Below are positions 38,726 through 49,574 of a stretch of 64,000 nucleotides of DNA, piece after piece; position 1 is the stretch's first letter; every line of letters starts with the position of its first letter. The notes under the pieces are model-generated. The model worked only from the letters and a program-made list of their open reading frames with translations. It was not told the origin of the DNA and made no database searches. Both the position numbers and the translations under genes were made by a program. This DNA comes from an uncultured Spirochaetia bacterium. GTDB taxonomy: Bacteria > Spirochaetota > UBA4802 > UBA5368. The stretch is taken from contig CALEGE010000009.1 in NCBI GenBank assembly GCA_937877025.1, positions 2,039 to 66,038 of the forward strand. Reading direction: 5' to 3'.

Positions 38726-40822
38726 TTATGCGATTTCGAAGTCTATGCGCATGGTGCCGGCATCGACGCCGACCAGCCGCACCCTGATGCGGTCGCCCAG
38801 CCTGAAGCGCCTGCCAAGGCGTTTGCCGACTACCGTGAAGTCGTCTTCCTGAACGAGATAATAGTCGTCGGTCAGCATGCGCAGGGGAACCATCCCTTCA
38901 ATGGGCTTTTCCATCAGCGTAACGTAAAATCCCGACCTGCCGACACCGCTTACGACCGCGTCGAACACCTCGCCCGTTCTGCCGTCGAGGAGCCTGCACG
39001 ATTTGAGCCTGAAAAGGTCGCGTTCTGCGCTCTGCGCCACTCGTTCCATTTCGGAACTTTTTTCACCCAGCGGCCGCAGCTCCTCGATATCGTAGGGGGC
39101 CGGAGCGGCGTCGATTATGCTTTTAAGGCAGCGGTGCACCACGAGGTCGGGATACCGGCGGATGGGTGAAGTAAAATGCGTGTAATCCTTGAAACCAAGA
39201 CCGAAGTGGCCGAGCGGCTCGACGCCGTAGTATGCCTGCATCATCGATTTCAGGATGATAAAATTCACTACTTCCTCGTATTCCATGCCGCGTACGCTGT
39301 CGATAACACCCTGCAGCGTTTTGCCGATGTCCTTTTTTTTGCTCATGGTCAGCCCGAGCGAGTTGAGGAAACGAACGAGCGTAACAAGCTTTTCGTCGCT
39401 GATGCTCTCATGCACGCGGTAGAGGGCGGGGATGCCGTGCTCTCTGAGCGTCCTGCTGACTGTCTCGTTGGCGCTCAGCATGAACTCTTCTATTATTAAA
39501 TGGCTTTTAAGGCGCTGGGTCGTAATGAGGTCGACAAGCGTATTGCCCTTGTAAATGAATTCGGAATCGGTCAGGTTGAGGTCGACCCTTCCGTTCTGCA
39601 TGCGCCGCTCCTTCAGCAACTGCGCGAAATCGTACATCTGCCGCAACAGGAGGGGCAGCTTCGTTTTTTTCCCGCTTTCAATAAGTTCGTGCGCCGTGGC
39701 GTAGGTGAGCCGTTTGTTAACCCTGATGATGCCCCTGAAAAATTCGTGTCCCACGATATCGCCGCGCCGGTTGAATTTCATGCGCACGGAAAGTGTGATC
39801 CGGTCGACGCCCTCCCTCAGCGAACACAGGTCGTTCGACAGCAGTTCCGGCAGCATGGGGATGACGGTGTTGCCCACGTAAAAGCTGGTGCCGCGCCGCG
39901 TTGCCTCTGCGTCGAGGGGAGTGCCCTTATCGACGAAGGCTGATACGTCGGCGATATGCACGTAGAGGGAATACCCATCGCGCGTTTTCTCGAACGAAAT
40001 GGCGTCGTCGAAATCCTTTGCGTTGTCGCCGTCGATCGTCACGGTGTAGAATTTTTTCAGATTTTTTCTATGCTTCAGCTCGGATTCGATAAATGCCGCA
40101 TTTTTCGACGCAAGCTCCTCATAGTCGCCATGGGGGCCGGGAAGCGAATGTTTGAGGATGATTCTCCGCACGTCGTACAATTCGTCCCTTTCGTCGAACG
40201 TTTCTTCGACGGTACATTCGGGAATGCCGGCGATGATTTTTCCGGTAAGCTGCACGATGGCGCAATCGCCGACGGCGGGTTTACTACCGCTGCGGGACGA
40301 GCAGGCCTCGGCGCCGCCCGCCAGGTCGATCAGGCGGTAGAATATCATGCTTTTTGTCATGCCCGTAACGCGGGCGGTGTAAAATTCCTTTTTTCTCTTG
40401 AGTATCCGCGTGACGCGCGCGTACAGCACGCCCTGCTGGAACTCGACGATCTCCGCCTCGACGGCGTCGTTGTTGTGCGCGTTGTTGAGGTGCTCGCGCC
40501 GCACTGCGTATGTCGTACCATCGGCGGCCTGCAGCACGGTATCGTCGCGGCCCTTTATTTTTATTACGCCGGCGCACGAAAACGACGCCGATCTGGCGTA
40601 GCGTTTTTTCTTTTTTTCAAGATAGCCGGCGGCAAGGAGCGCCGCCAGCATGGTCTCGATACGTTCGAGGCTCTTTGCGCCGCGGCGCGTGTTCGTTTTG
40701 CCCCCGGTTTTTTTCCCGGAGTGCTGCCGCTCGGATGATGATGCGCGTACAAGCTCTTCGGCGGTAAAACCGCCTTCAATTGCGTTGATTTTTGATAAAA
40801 TACTTCTGGATGTAATTGGCAT
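38726..40822 (-). CDS. rnr: Ribonuclease R
   Basis: TIDGDNAKDFDDA, VHIADVS, IEEFMLSAN, YTHFTSPIRRYPDL, C-terminal S1 domain. Confidence 0.93.
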   Translation of the reverse strand: MPITSRSILSKINAIEGGFTAEELVRASSSERQHSGKKTGGKTNTRRGAKSLERIETMLAALLAAGYLEKKKKRYARSASFSCAGVIKIKGRDDTVLQAADGTTYAVRREHLNNAHNNDAVEAEIVEFQQGVLYARVTRILKRKKEFYTARVTGMTKSMIFYRLIDLAGGAEACSSRSGSKPAVGDCAIVQLTGKIIAGIPECTVEETFDERDELYDVRRIILKHSLPGPHGDYEELASKNAAFIESELKHRKNLKKFYTVTIDGDNAKDFDDAISFEKTRDGYSLYVHIADVSAFVDKGTPLDAEATRRGTSFYVGNTVIPMLPELLSNDLCSLREGVDRITLSVRMKFNRRGDIVGHEFFRGIIRVNKRLTYATAHELIESGKKTKLPLLLRQMYDFAQLLKERRMQNGRVDLNLTDSEFIYKGNTLVDLITTQRLKSHLIIEEFMLSANETVSRTLREHGIPALYRVHESISDEKLVTLVRFLNSLGLTMSKKKDIGKTLQGVIDSVRGMEYEEVVNFIILKSMMQAYYGVEPLGHFGLGFKDYTHFTSPIRRYPDLVVHRCLKSIIDAAPAPYDIEELRPLGEKSSEMERVAQSAERDLFRLKSCRLLDGRTGEVFDAVVSGVGRSGFYVTLMEKPIEGMVPLRMLTDDYYLVQEDDFTVVGKRLGRRFRLGDRIRVRLVGVDAGTMRIDFEIA

Positions 40823-40887
40823 ATGCGTGATTTTGGCAAGAGTACCGGGATATCTGAGGCCGTACGGACGGGATATTCTGGAACAGC

Positions 40888-41208
40888 TTACTGGTTTACC
40901 TTTTTCGCGGCGGCTGCCTCCCTGATGTCGCGTATTTCCTGTCGTTTGCGGGAAATACTTTCCTTCAGTTCGTTGATCCTGCCCGCTGTCGTTTTGATAT
41001 AGTCGTCGGACAATGAGAGCTCTGTCGCCCCTTCATCTATCTTTTGCATTACATAGCGGCCCATGTCCGCCTGGGCCTGCGTTATCGACTCGTCGCATTT
41101 TTTTATATCGAGCGTCAGTTTGGCGATTCTTGTATATTCCTCTGTTTTTTCAACAATCTTTTCGCTGTATTTGATAAATGTTTTACCCGCGTCGCCAAGC
41201 AGCCCCAT
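40888..41208 (-). CDS. Hypothetical coiled-coil protein
   Basis: Clean ORF with AGGA SD; IAKLTLDIKK...MGRYV pattern. Confidence 0.7.
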   Translation of the reverse strand: MGLLGDAGKTFIKYSEKIVEKTEEYTRIAKLTLDIKKCDESITQAQADMGRYVMQKIDEGATELSLSDDYIKTTAGRINELKESISRKRQEIRDIREAAAAKKVNQ

Positions 41209-41344
41209 GAGATTCCTCGTAACTAATACATATAATTATAGCGCATTTCCACATACAGCATAAAATAAATCGATTACGTCAAAGTATACACCTCTCACCT
41301 GTTACAGGGTGACGCGAAAAAATTAGTGCCGCCGGTGGTTTTTG

Positions 41345-42061
41345 TCAAATCAAAGTTGGGATTTCGTCCAAAAAAGGCGCCGTGGCGGCCGCCGGTCCTA
41401 TCCTCCTTGTGATGCGTTCGGGAAGCTCGGCGATTATTGTGATTTCATCCCCGCTGACGGGATGGGCAACGCGCAGGCAACGCGCATGCAGGCAGATGGC
41501 CCCATCCTCAACGGTTTCGCCCGATCCGTACCGTGTATCGCCGACGATTGGAAATCCTATGGATGAGAGCTGTGCGCGTATCTGGTGCTTTCGTCCCGTG
41601 AGGAGCCGGACCATGATGAGCGCATATGCGTCGTTGCGCATCGTCATCCGGTAAAAAAGCGACGCCTCGCGGGCATCGTCTGATCGGCGCGTTACCACCG
41701 TGGTGTTTCCGCTGCGGGCCAGCATCTGCGTAAGCGCCGTCCAGTCCTTTGGGTTTGCTGCGGGCCCCGGTGCGGCATGCGCCAGGGCGGCGTACAGTTT
41801 TACGGCCCTCCGGTGATAAAATTCATTAAACAGGCGCGACGCCGCCTTGGATGTTTTCGCGAACAGCACTACGCCGGAAACCTGCCGGTCGAGCCGGTGC
41901 ACCAGACCGAGGTAGACGTTGCCCGGCTTGCTGTAGCGTTCTTTAAGATACGCCTTCACCTGCTCGAACAGCGTATCCCTGCCGGTTGAATCGCCCTGCA
42001 CAAGAAGCCCCGCCGGTTTGTCGACGGCGATGAGGTGGTTGTCTTCGTAGAGTATCTTCAT
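41345..42061 (-). CDS. RluA-family pseudouridine synthase
   Basis: VDKPAGL, HRLDRQVSG (catalytic Asp), GRKHQIR, GDTRYG, LHA. Confidence 0.93.
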   Translation of the reverse strand: MKILYEDNHLIAVDKPAGLLVQGDSTGRDTLFEQVKAYLKERYSKPGNVYLGLVHRLDRQVSGVVLFAKTSKAASRLFNEFYHRRAVKLYAALAHAAPGPAANPKDWTALTQMLARSGNTTVVTRRSDDAREASLFYRMTMRNDAYALIMVRLLTGRKHQIRAQLSSIGFPIVGDTRYGSGETVEDGAICLHARCLRVAHPVSGDEITIIAELPERITRRIGPAAATAPFLDEIPTLI

Positions 42062-42342
42062 GGTCGCGATGCGGTCGTGTCTCGTGGCGTCAAACGCCCA
42101 TATTATTCAGAAGGCACTCCGGGGTTGAAATGGCAAGTTATATTTTTACGCCCGGCGGAGAGCATACCGGAAAAATTTGTGAATATCTGTTTTTTGCACG
42201 ACAATACAGTATAATCAAATTTTAATTGACATAAAGAATATATGAATATTTTTTTATTCAATTTATTTTTTCAAATAATGTTTATGTATTATAATATGTA
42301 CATATTAATTAAAATGTTACAAAACGCGCCGGAGGCCGTGCC

Positions 42343-43295
42343 ATGCCGAATAATGAATACTTTAAATGGGCGGAGAGCCTTTTTGCATCGGGAAATCTGA
42401 ACGCGAAGCCAGAGGCGCTCAAGGATGTTACGGTTGTAGAACTGTGCACGCTCATCCTTGGGCCGTCCGTTTCCTCGCTTCTGGCCGAGTTTGGCGCCAC
42501 GGTCTTCAAGGTGGAACTTCCCGGCCTGGGCGACACGATGCGCTCGATTACGCCATTTTACAAATTTTACAGGGGGCAGGCGATCTCCTACATGAAGGAG
42601 GCGCGCACGCCGCGTTTGCGCTCCTCGGCGCGCTGCATTATCGCACACTCACGGGGAAGGGGCAGTATATCGACGTATCGCCGGCGGAGGCGTTCGGGAG
42701 ATGCATCAACTATGGGCTTACCTATTTCGACGAATTCGGCGAAACCATTCCGCGAGTGGGCAACTTCGACGTGGGCGTGTTTCCGTACACGTATTTTAAA
42801 TGCAGCGACGGCTATACGTTTATTGCCGCGTTTTCCGAGTCGAACTTCAAGGCGATGTGCGCGATGATAGACCGGCCCGACCTGCGTGACAGGTTTTTGT
42901 CTGAAAGATCGCGTGTCAACCTTGAGAACATGAAATACATTTACCACGAAATCGAGAAATGGACGATGGAGCACACCTTCGATGAAATTTCTGCGGCCAT
43001 TGTCGATTACAACAAAAACGTGGGCAAGGGCGTCGTTGTGCCGGGCCGCATATGTTCGCCCGCCGATACGCTGAAGGAGCCGAACTGGTGGGAGCGGATG
43101 GCGTTTGAAAAAATAGACGATCCGGTGTACGACGAGTTGATAATAACAAACCAGGCGTGGAAGATGACGGAAACACCGCCGCGCGTAAAATGGGTGTGCA
43201 GGCCCGTGGGAGCCGACAACGAGAAAATATACAGCGAACAACTGGGATACTCGGTCGCGGATGTGCTCTCGCTAAAAGAAAGCGGCGTTATTTGA
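42343..43295 (+). pseudogene. CaiB/BaiF family III CoA-transferase with internal deletion and frameshift
   Basis: Frame 1 (ALKDVTVVEL...LGP...FGATVFKVE...GDTMR...EAR) ends near 42606. Another frame resumes at 42600 (GAHAAFALLGAL...TGKGQYIDVS...PY..F.C.DG). Confidence 0.85.
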
Positions 43296-43532
43296 CCCAC
43301 ACCCCGGTGATTAAGCTTCCGGCAAAGCGGTTTATTTTTTGAATACTACACATGTGAGAAACAAGAATACAATCGCGCAGGCGTGAAAATATTTGACAGG
43401 CGTTGGAAAAGTGGTTATGTTTGACATCCAGCAGGGAAGTGTGCGCCTGTTGCCTTCTGATGCGCGCATTATGCACATTGCGTATTACGTATTAATTGAA
43501 TATATTAATTGAATAAAAGGAAGCGTTGTGCA

Positions 43533-44654
43533 ATGAAGAAAAAAACGGGCAGAAATGATCCATGTCCTTGCGGCAGTGGAAAAAAATACAAGAATTGCTG
43601 CCTGAACGTGCATGACAACATCATTCCATTCCCCGGGAGGCCTGACGGTGACGACGCACTGAAGCGATATCAAGACATGGCGGAAGCCTGGGACCCCGCG
43701 CGCGGCCCCGTTCCCTCTTTTATGGAAAGCATGGGTAAGCCCAATCCGGCGACCGATGCCCTGCGTGAAATAAAGGCGAAAATGGGTGATAGGGTATTCC
43801 AGTCCGAAGAAGAGCTCAGGGATTTTATAAATGACCAGATGCGCGCGTTGAACAGCGCCCCTCATGATGACTTTTTAGGGCTTTCGCCCGCGCAGATGCG
43901 TTCGATTACCACGGGGGATTTTAACGGCAATTCAATGATTGTCGGGTTTAACGAGATAGCGCCTTCCGATCTGTTTCGCGGGATTCCCGCCCTTGACCAG
44001 TGCCTGTATCTTCTTCGCGCGCTGGCGCAACCGGAGAAGGGGGTAAGGGCGACACAGAAAGGGAACTTTTCCCGCGCCATTGCGCGTGACTTTTATAACG
44101 TTTTTCTCAGGCAGAATGCGCTGTTTGATACCACGCCGATGGGGGAGGATGATGTACGCGAAGTCGGGATGCTGCGCTTTTTTTTAAGGGATTCGGGGCT
44201 TATCAAACTGCGGAACGGATGGTTCAGCCTTACGAAGGAAGGGAGAAAGATGCTGGAACACAACGATCTGCGGGCGATATACAAACGGCTGTTTTTCTAT
44301 TTTGCGGAAAGATTCAATTGGCTGTACGGCGCAAATTATCCGGATTCGATGGAATTTCTCCAGCGGTCGCTTATTTTTTGCCTCTACATCCTGAAAGTGA
44401 AGGCCGGTGATTTTGTTTTCGGGAGAGAGCTTTCCGAATATTATGCAAAGGCGTTTCCCGCGCTTGTGGAGGAGGGGGGTGAGAAATTCGGCAGGATCTT
44501 TGTTTGCTCTGGTTTCAGTTACATGTTTCTCGACCGGTTTGCGTGCTTTCTGGGGCTTGCCGAGCAAAGGTGTTCGGCGCGGGTTTTCCTGAGCGAGGAG
44601 AAGGAGTTCAGGGCGTCCGCTTTGTTTAAAAATGTTCTGGAATGGAAGGTGTAA
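43533..44654 (+). CDS. SEC-C motif protein
   Basis: GRNDPCPCGSGKKYKNCC at the N-terminus. Upstream TTGACA-17-TATGTT promoter candidate. Confidence 0.85.
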   Translation: MKKKTGRNDPCPCGSGKKYKNCCLNVHDNIIPFPGRPDGDDALKRYQDMAEAWDPARGPVPSFMESMGKPNPATDALREIKAKMGDRVFQSEEELRDFINDQMRALNSAPHDDFLGLSPAQMRSITTGDFNGNSMIVGFNEIAPSDLFRGIPALDQCLYLLRALAQPEKGVRATQKGNFSRAIARDFYNVFLRQNALFDTTPMGEDDVREVGMLRFFLRDSGLIKLRNGWFSLTKEGRKMLEHNDLRAIYKRLFFYFAERFNWLYGANYPDSMEFLQRSLIFCLYILKVKAGDFVFGRELSEYYAKAFPALVEEGGEKFGRIFVCSGFSYMFLDRFACFLGLAEQRCSARVFLSEEKEFRASALFKNVLEWKV

Positions 44655-44825
44655 AGAGGCAGCAGGGCGCCGTGAACGCGCGTATCGCATAAACAAGGAC
44701 GTTGATTCAATGCGTATATTCAGAAATCCATATTTAAAGAGATAATAGCGTGAGTCATCTTCACCAACAACTTGCCGACGGTGTTGACAGATGGCTGGAA
44801 GACTGTTGCTGCGTCTTCCGGCGCG

Positions 44826-47054
44826 CTATTGTGTCAGCTCAATTCCGCGTATGCGGATTGCCGCTCTTTCCGCCAGGGCCGTATCGATAGTGGCCGTGAG
44901 GATATTTCTGCTTTCGTGATGCCACGATGTAACCGGCAGCGACGCTGTTACCTCATCGAAATCACGGACGCAGAAAATCCGAACGACAAAGCGCCGCGGC
45001 TCGATGATTCTCCCCTCAAGATGCTCTATGCGGATCGTCATGTCGCTGCCGTTGTGTTCACACGATACGCCGGTGAGCGAAAACTCTCCCTTGCGGCAGC
45101 CGGTCCCTTCGCCGTAATCGTCGTACAGCCTGTATGTGCACGGTTGTCCTGGAAATATATTGAGATAAATTTTTGTAAAATACACGCGCTCCGGTATGTG
45201 CATCATTACATCGACCGTCGGTATAATGGAGCCGTCCCGTATAAACAGGGGGATGTCGCCGCTGCGCCATGGACGCGCGTCGATGCGGCGGTCGCCCTCG
45301 ATCTTTCGCAGCGTGCGGGGGTGACGCCAGTTGCCTGCGGGAAGGTACAGCGTTGCCTCGCTCCCATATAGCGGGCAGATCATAATTTCGCGTCCAAGCA
45401 TAAATTGCGAACCTGTCACGGCCGCCGCCGGGTCTTCCGGATACTCAAGTACGAGCGGGCGGACGATCGGCGTGCCGTCGGCGCTCGCGCGGTATGCGCA
45501 CGAATAATAATGCGGCAGCAGCCGATAGCGCAGTTTTACATACGAGCGGAAGAGCGTCTCATGTGCGGCACCGTAATGCCACGGGTCGCGCGTATGATCG
45601 AACGGCGACGAGAAATGCCGCGCAACGGGTGAAAAAATCGCGTACTGCATGTACCGCCGGTGCATAGCGGGCGACACGCGTCCCGACAGGCCGTAAAGAT
45701 CGGCCGTCCAGTACGCGAAGCCAATTATGCTCATTGAGAGGCCGGCGTAGAGCGAGCGGGCTATGCCGCGTTCGCACGCCTTCTGGTCGCCGAGGAACAC
45801 CGCGGGGTATCGCTGCGAGCCGGCCCATACGCACCGCGCGTAGCATATCCCCCGCTGGCCCGTGAAGGTTTCGTTGTTTTCGTGCACCGCTTTACCGTAA
45901 TAGAAACCGTAGAGATTTCTGTATTCGGGCGTACTCAGCCCCGCGGCGCTTGTTACGCCGTCCGATGGGAGGTATTCGCCGTCGTCGTTTTTAAAAAAGC
46001 GTATGCCGGCGGCAAGCAGCCTGTTTGTCAGCCGGTTCCAGAACGCGACGGCGTCGGGTGAGGTAAAATCGATCATGCCGCCGCGTCCAAACCACCACGG
46101 CGCGTTGTCGTGCGCGTATGCGCTGTGGGATTTGCCTTCCGCGTACAGACTGTGATCGGCGAACTTCGTCAGTTGCGACATCCCCACGGGGAAGTTTGGC
46201 CCGGCGATAAGGCGCGCAAAGAGCCTGAAGATGAGGTTTTCGCCGCTGTTGACGAACGGGGTGGTAATGAGGCCGAGTGTGACGCCCTCGCGTTTCGCCG
46301 ATTCTATAAATCGTTCTGGCTCGGGGAACAGCCGGGGATTCCACTGGAAATTATGGAAGCGCTCCTCCCAGTGGTAGTCGAGTATCACGGTGTCGAGGGG
46401 GATATGCCGCTTTCGGAATTCCCGTATAAAATCGAGCGTGGCGTTCTGGTCGACGGCGGGATATGATGTATTCCACAGGCCGAACGCCCATTTTGGGAAC
46501 AGCGGCGGCCTGCCGGAAATCCTCGTGTAACGCTCGATGACCGCGCCGATGCTGCCATCGAAGAAAAGCATGTCGAACCTTCGCATACCGCGCACGCGCA
46601 CTCCGTCGCTGGAAAACGAAAACCGTAACGGCCCCGCGTCGAGGATGAACATCCCCCATCCCGTGCTGCTGATGACAAACGGAATGTTGGAATAGCTGGC
46701 CCACCGCTGGATGATGTGCGGGGAGTCCCGGTTTTCTATGCAATACCGTCCCCCCGTAATAGGGAATTTCCGAAAGTTCATTCCCGTCCCGTAGAATACC
46801 TGCCGCTCCGGCGTGCGCACAACGACTTTGAAGCCCTTCCGCCGGCGTTTCGCGCGAATGGATATTTCGCAGGCATGCAACTGCAGTTTGATGTCTGTGT
46901 CTTTAGATGTGTGCGCGTCGCTGTATGGATGGTTTGTCAGTCCGGGGAACACGTCGTTCAGAAACGGGGGGTCAGAGCCTCCGATAAACACCCGCGTGCA
47001 GAGGTTGTAGAAGGTTCGTATGGTGACTTCGGGAGCGTCGTTGTTCACTGGCAT
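44826..47054 (-). CDS. Glycoside hydrolase family 31 (alpha-xylosidase/glucosidase-like)
   Basis: GRPPLFPKWAFGLW, ILDYHW, FFKNDDGE (nucleophile), GSQRYP, ADLYG, LRYRLLP, LPAGNW. Confidence 0.92.
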   Translation of the reverse strand: MPVNNDAPEVTIRTFYNLCTRVFIGGSDPPFLNDVFPGLTNHPYSDAHTSKDTDIKLQLHACEISIRAKRRRKGFKVVVRTPERQVFYGTGMNFRKFPITGGRYCIENRDSPHIIQRWASYSNIPFVISSTGWGMFILDAGPLRFSFSSDGVRVRGMRRFDMLFFDGSIGAVIERYTRISGRPPLFPKWAFGLWNTSYPAVDQNATLDFIREFRKRHIPLDTVILDYHWEERFHNFQWNPRLFPEPERFIESAKREGVTLGLITTPFVNSGENLIFRLFARLIAGPNFPVGMSQLTKFADHSLYAEGKSHSAYAHDNAPWWFGRGGMIDFTSPDAVAFWNRLTNRLLAAGIRFFKNDDGEYLPSDGVTSAAGLSTPEYRNLYGFYYGKAVHENNETFTGQRGICYARCVWAGSQRYPAVFLGDQKACERGIARSLYAGLSMSIIGFAYWTADLYGLSGRVSPAMHRRYMQYAIFSPVARHFSSPFDHTRDPWHYGAAHETLFRSYVKLRYRLLPHYYSCAYRASADGTPIVRPLVLEYPEDPAAAVTGSQFMLGREIMICPLYGSEATLYLPAGNWRHPRTLRKIEGDRRIDARPWRSGDIPLFIRDGSIIPTVDVMMHIPERVYFTKIYLNIFPGQPCTYRLYDDYGEGTGCRKGEFSLTGVSCEHNGSDMTIRIEHLEGRIIEPRRFVVRIFCVRDFDEVTASLPVTSWHHESRNILTATIDTALAERAAIRIRGIELTQ

Positions 47055-47373
47055 TACCCCGAATTGTGATTTTCCGCCGAGCCTGGTGCGGACATATCAT
47101 TCTCGCTAATGAAGTGAATGATATATCATGCGGTTTTGTAATTCAAACACAAATTATTGTGCTGGCGAAAATAACCGCCCGCCGCAGCCCCTGTAAAAAA
47201 GGCGCGCCGGATGAAAAATTTTGGAAACCGCCCGCGTGTGGTAAATTGTATCACTGGAAAAAAATTTTCTTGCGAATATACCGCAACAGTGGAAGCATAC
47301 AGCCTATGCGAGGAAAACGCATGTGGCGTATGATCGATATCCCTTGCCGGGCGGCGGCATATTTGGATGATAC

Positions 47374-48099
47374 ATGAAACCAAAGCTACAAATAGAAATA
47401 TTGCCGCAGCCGAATGACACGACCTGCGGGCCGACAAGCCTGCATGCTGTATACCGCTATTACGGTGAGCGCATATCCCTTGAAAAGGTGATTTCCGAGG
47501 TGAAAAGTCTCGATGAAGGCGGCACCATGGCCGTGTTGCTTGCCTGCCATGCCCTCGGACGCGGCTACAAGGCTACAATTTACACCTATAATCTGCAGAT
47601 ATTCGACCCGACATGGTTTGTTCCGAAGGGGCCAGATATACGGGAGCGCCTTGCCCTTCGGCTGCAATACACGGATGCGCCAAAAATGAAAATCGCGATC
47701 CGTGCGTATCTGGAGTTTTACAGGCTTGGCGGAACGGTGCGTTTTGAAGATTTGCGTACGGGGCTGTTGAGGAAATATCTCAGCAGGTCTGTGCCGATTC
47801 TCACGGGATTAAGCTCGACGTATCTCTACAGGTGTCCGCGCGAATACGGCCCCCATGATGTCGAAGACGACGTGAGGGGCGATCCCCAGGGCCACTTTGT
47901 CGTTCTCTGCGGCTATAATAAAAAAGAAAAAAAAGTACTCGTGGCTGATCCGTATCAGCCGAATCCGATATCCGGAAAAAATTATTACGATGTCGAAATT
48001 AACAGGCTGTTGAATTCGATACTGCTCGGCATTGTCACATACGACGCGAATCTGTTGATAATTGAACCGAGTGAAAAACGTTTAACACACAGGAAATAG
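47374..48099 (+). CDS. Peptidase C39-like papain-fold protein
   Basis: QPNDTTCGPTSL (Cys), GHFVV (His), VADP (Asp). No ABC transporter domain. Confidence 0.85.
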   Translation: MKPKLQIEILPQPNDTTCGPTSLHAVYRYYGERISLEKVISEVKSLDEGGTMAVLLACHALGRGYKATIYTYNLQIFDPTWFVPKGPDIRERLALRLQYTDAPKMKIAIRAYLEFYRLGGTVRFEDLRTGLLRKYLSRSVPILTGLSSTYLYRCPREYGPHDVEDDVRGDPQGHFVVLCGYNKKEKKVLVADPYQPNPISGKNYYDVEINRLLNSILLGIVTYDANLLIIEPSEKRLTHRK

Positions 48100-48104
48100 C
48101 ATCC

Positions 48105-49574
48105 ATGCCAATACTTATTGTCGTTAATTATCCCAAGCGGTGGAAGTTCGATATCACCGGCGTCGATGTCGTATCGGCGAAGGATTATCTTACCAATCAC
48201 GATTACAGCGATATGCGCGGCGTCAAGGTGTTCAATCTCTGCCGGTCGTACCGCTACCAGAGCCTCGGGTACTATGTATCGCTGCTTGCCGCCGCGCGCG
48301 GCCACAAGGCCATACCCAGTGTTACCACCATACAGGAGATGAAGTCGCAGGAGGTGATACGTATCATCACTGAGGACCTCGACGATCTCATCCAGAAAAG
48401 CCTCTCGCACATCCAGTCGAACGAGTTTACGCTCAGCATCTATTTTGGAAAGAACATCGCGCGCCACTACGACCGGCTGTGCCTGCAGCTTTTCAATTTG
48501 TTCCAGGCGCCGATGTTGCGCGCGCACTTCGTCTATAACAAAAAGTGGCAGCTCCAGAACATCGGACCCATTCCCAATAGCGAAATCCCCGAAGAGCATA
48601 TGCCCTACGTGGAGGAGTTTGCGAAAAAATATTTCGCGAACCGGCGTTTCAGCGTTCCCAGGAGGGACGTCTCCGGCTACGACCTCGCGATTCTTTACAA
48701 TCCCAACGAGAAAGAGCCGCCATCGAGCGTTAAAACGATCAATCACATGGTCAAGATCGCCGAGAAAATGGATTTTAACGTCGAGTTAATTACCAAGGAT
48801 GATTACAGCAAGATCGCCGAGTTCGACGCGCTGTTTATCAGGGAAACGACGGCGGTCAATCATCACACCTACCGTTTCGCGCTCAGGGCCGAGGCCGAAG
48901 GAGTTGTCGCGATCGACGATTCTCGTTCGATCGTCAGGTGCACCAACAAGGTCTATCTCGCCGAATTGCTCGACCATCACGGGGTGCCGATACCGAAGAC
49001 GGTGATTCTGCACAGGGACAACAGGGACGCAGTCATCAACGATCTCGGTTTCCCCTGCGTGTTGAAACAGCCGGATTCCTCGTTTTCGCAGGGTGTCGTA
49101 AAGGCGAACAATATCGACGAATTTATCGAGGAGTCGGACAAACTGCTGGACAAATCGGAGCTGATCATTGCGCAGCAGTTTCAGCCGACTGCGTTCGACT
49201 GGCGCGTGGGCATCCTCGACCGGCAGCCCCTTTTTGTCTGCAAGTATTATATGGCCGACAACCACTGGCAGATAATCAACTGGCAGAAAAAGGGGATGCG
49301 CAAATACGGCATGTCGGAAACCATCGCGGTTGAGAATGCGCCCGAAAAGGTGGTAAAGACCGCGCTTCGCGCCGCGAACCTTATCGGCGACGGCCTGTAC
49401 GGCGTCGATTTAAAACAGGTCGGCGCGAAGTGTTATGTCATCGAGATCAATGACAATCCCAACATCGATGTCGGCATTGAAGACAAGGCGATCGGGGATG
49501 AGCTGTACCGCAGGACAATAAACGTATTCCACAAGCGTATACATAGCATTAAAGAAGGAAATTCCAAAAAATGA
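48105..49574 (+). CDS. RimK-family ATP-grasp ligase with N-terminal RLAN domain
   Basis: RLAN motif VFNLCRSYRYQSLGYYVSLLAAARGH; CTNKVY, PCVLKQPDSSFSQGV, DWRVGIL, GLYGVDLK, IEINDNP. Confidence 0.92.
   Translation: MPILIVVNYPKRWKFDITGVDVVSAKDYLTNHDYSDMRGVKVFNLCRSYRYQSLGYYVSLLAAARGHKAIPSVTTIQEMKSQEVIRIITEDLDDLIQKSLSHIQSNEFTLSIYFGKNIARHYDRLCLQLFNLFQAPMLRAHFVYNKKWQLQNIGPIPNSEIPEEHMPYVEEFAKKYFANRRFSVPRRDVSGYDLAILYNPNEKEPPSSVKTINHMVKIAEKMDFNVELITKDDYSKIAEFDALFIRETTAVNHHTYRFALRAEAEGVVAIDDSRSIVRCTNKVYLAELLDHHGVPIPKTVILHRDNRDAVINDLGFPCVLKQPDSSFSQGVVKANNIDEFIEESDKLLDKSELIIAQQFQPTAFDWRVGILDRQPLFVCKYYMADNHWQIINWQKKGMRKYGMSETIAVENAPEKVVKTALRAANLIGDGLYGVDLKQVGAKCYVIEINDNPNIDVGIEDKAIGDELYRRTINVFHKRIHSIKEGNSKK

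Noticed and set aside
44826-47054. Sulfoquinovosidase
   Set aside because: The nucleophile motif is FKNDDGE, I saw no sulfonate-binding QRWY/KERWY-type motif, and no sulfoglycolysis genes are adjacent.
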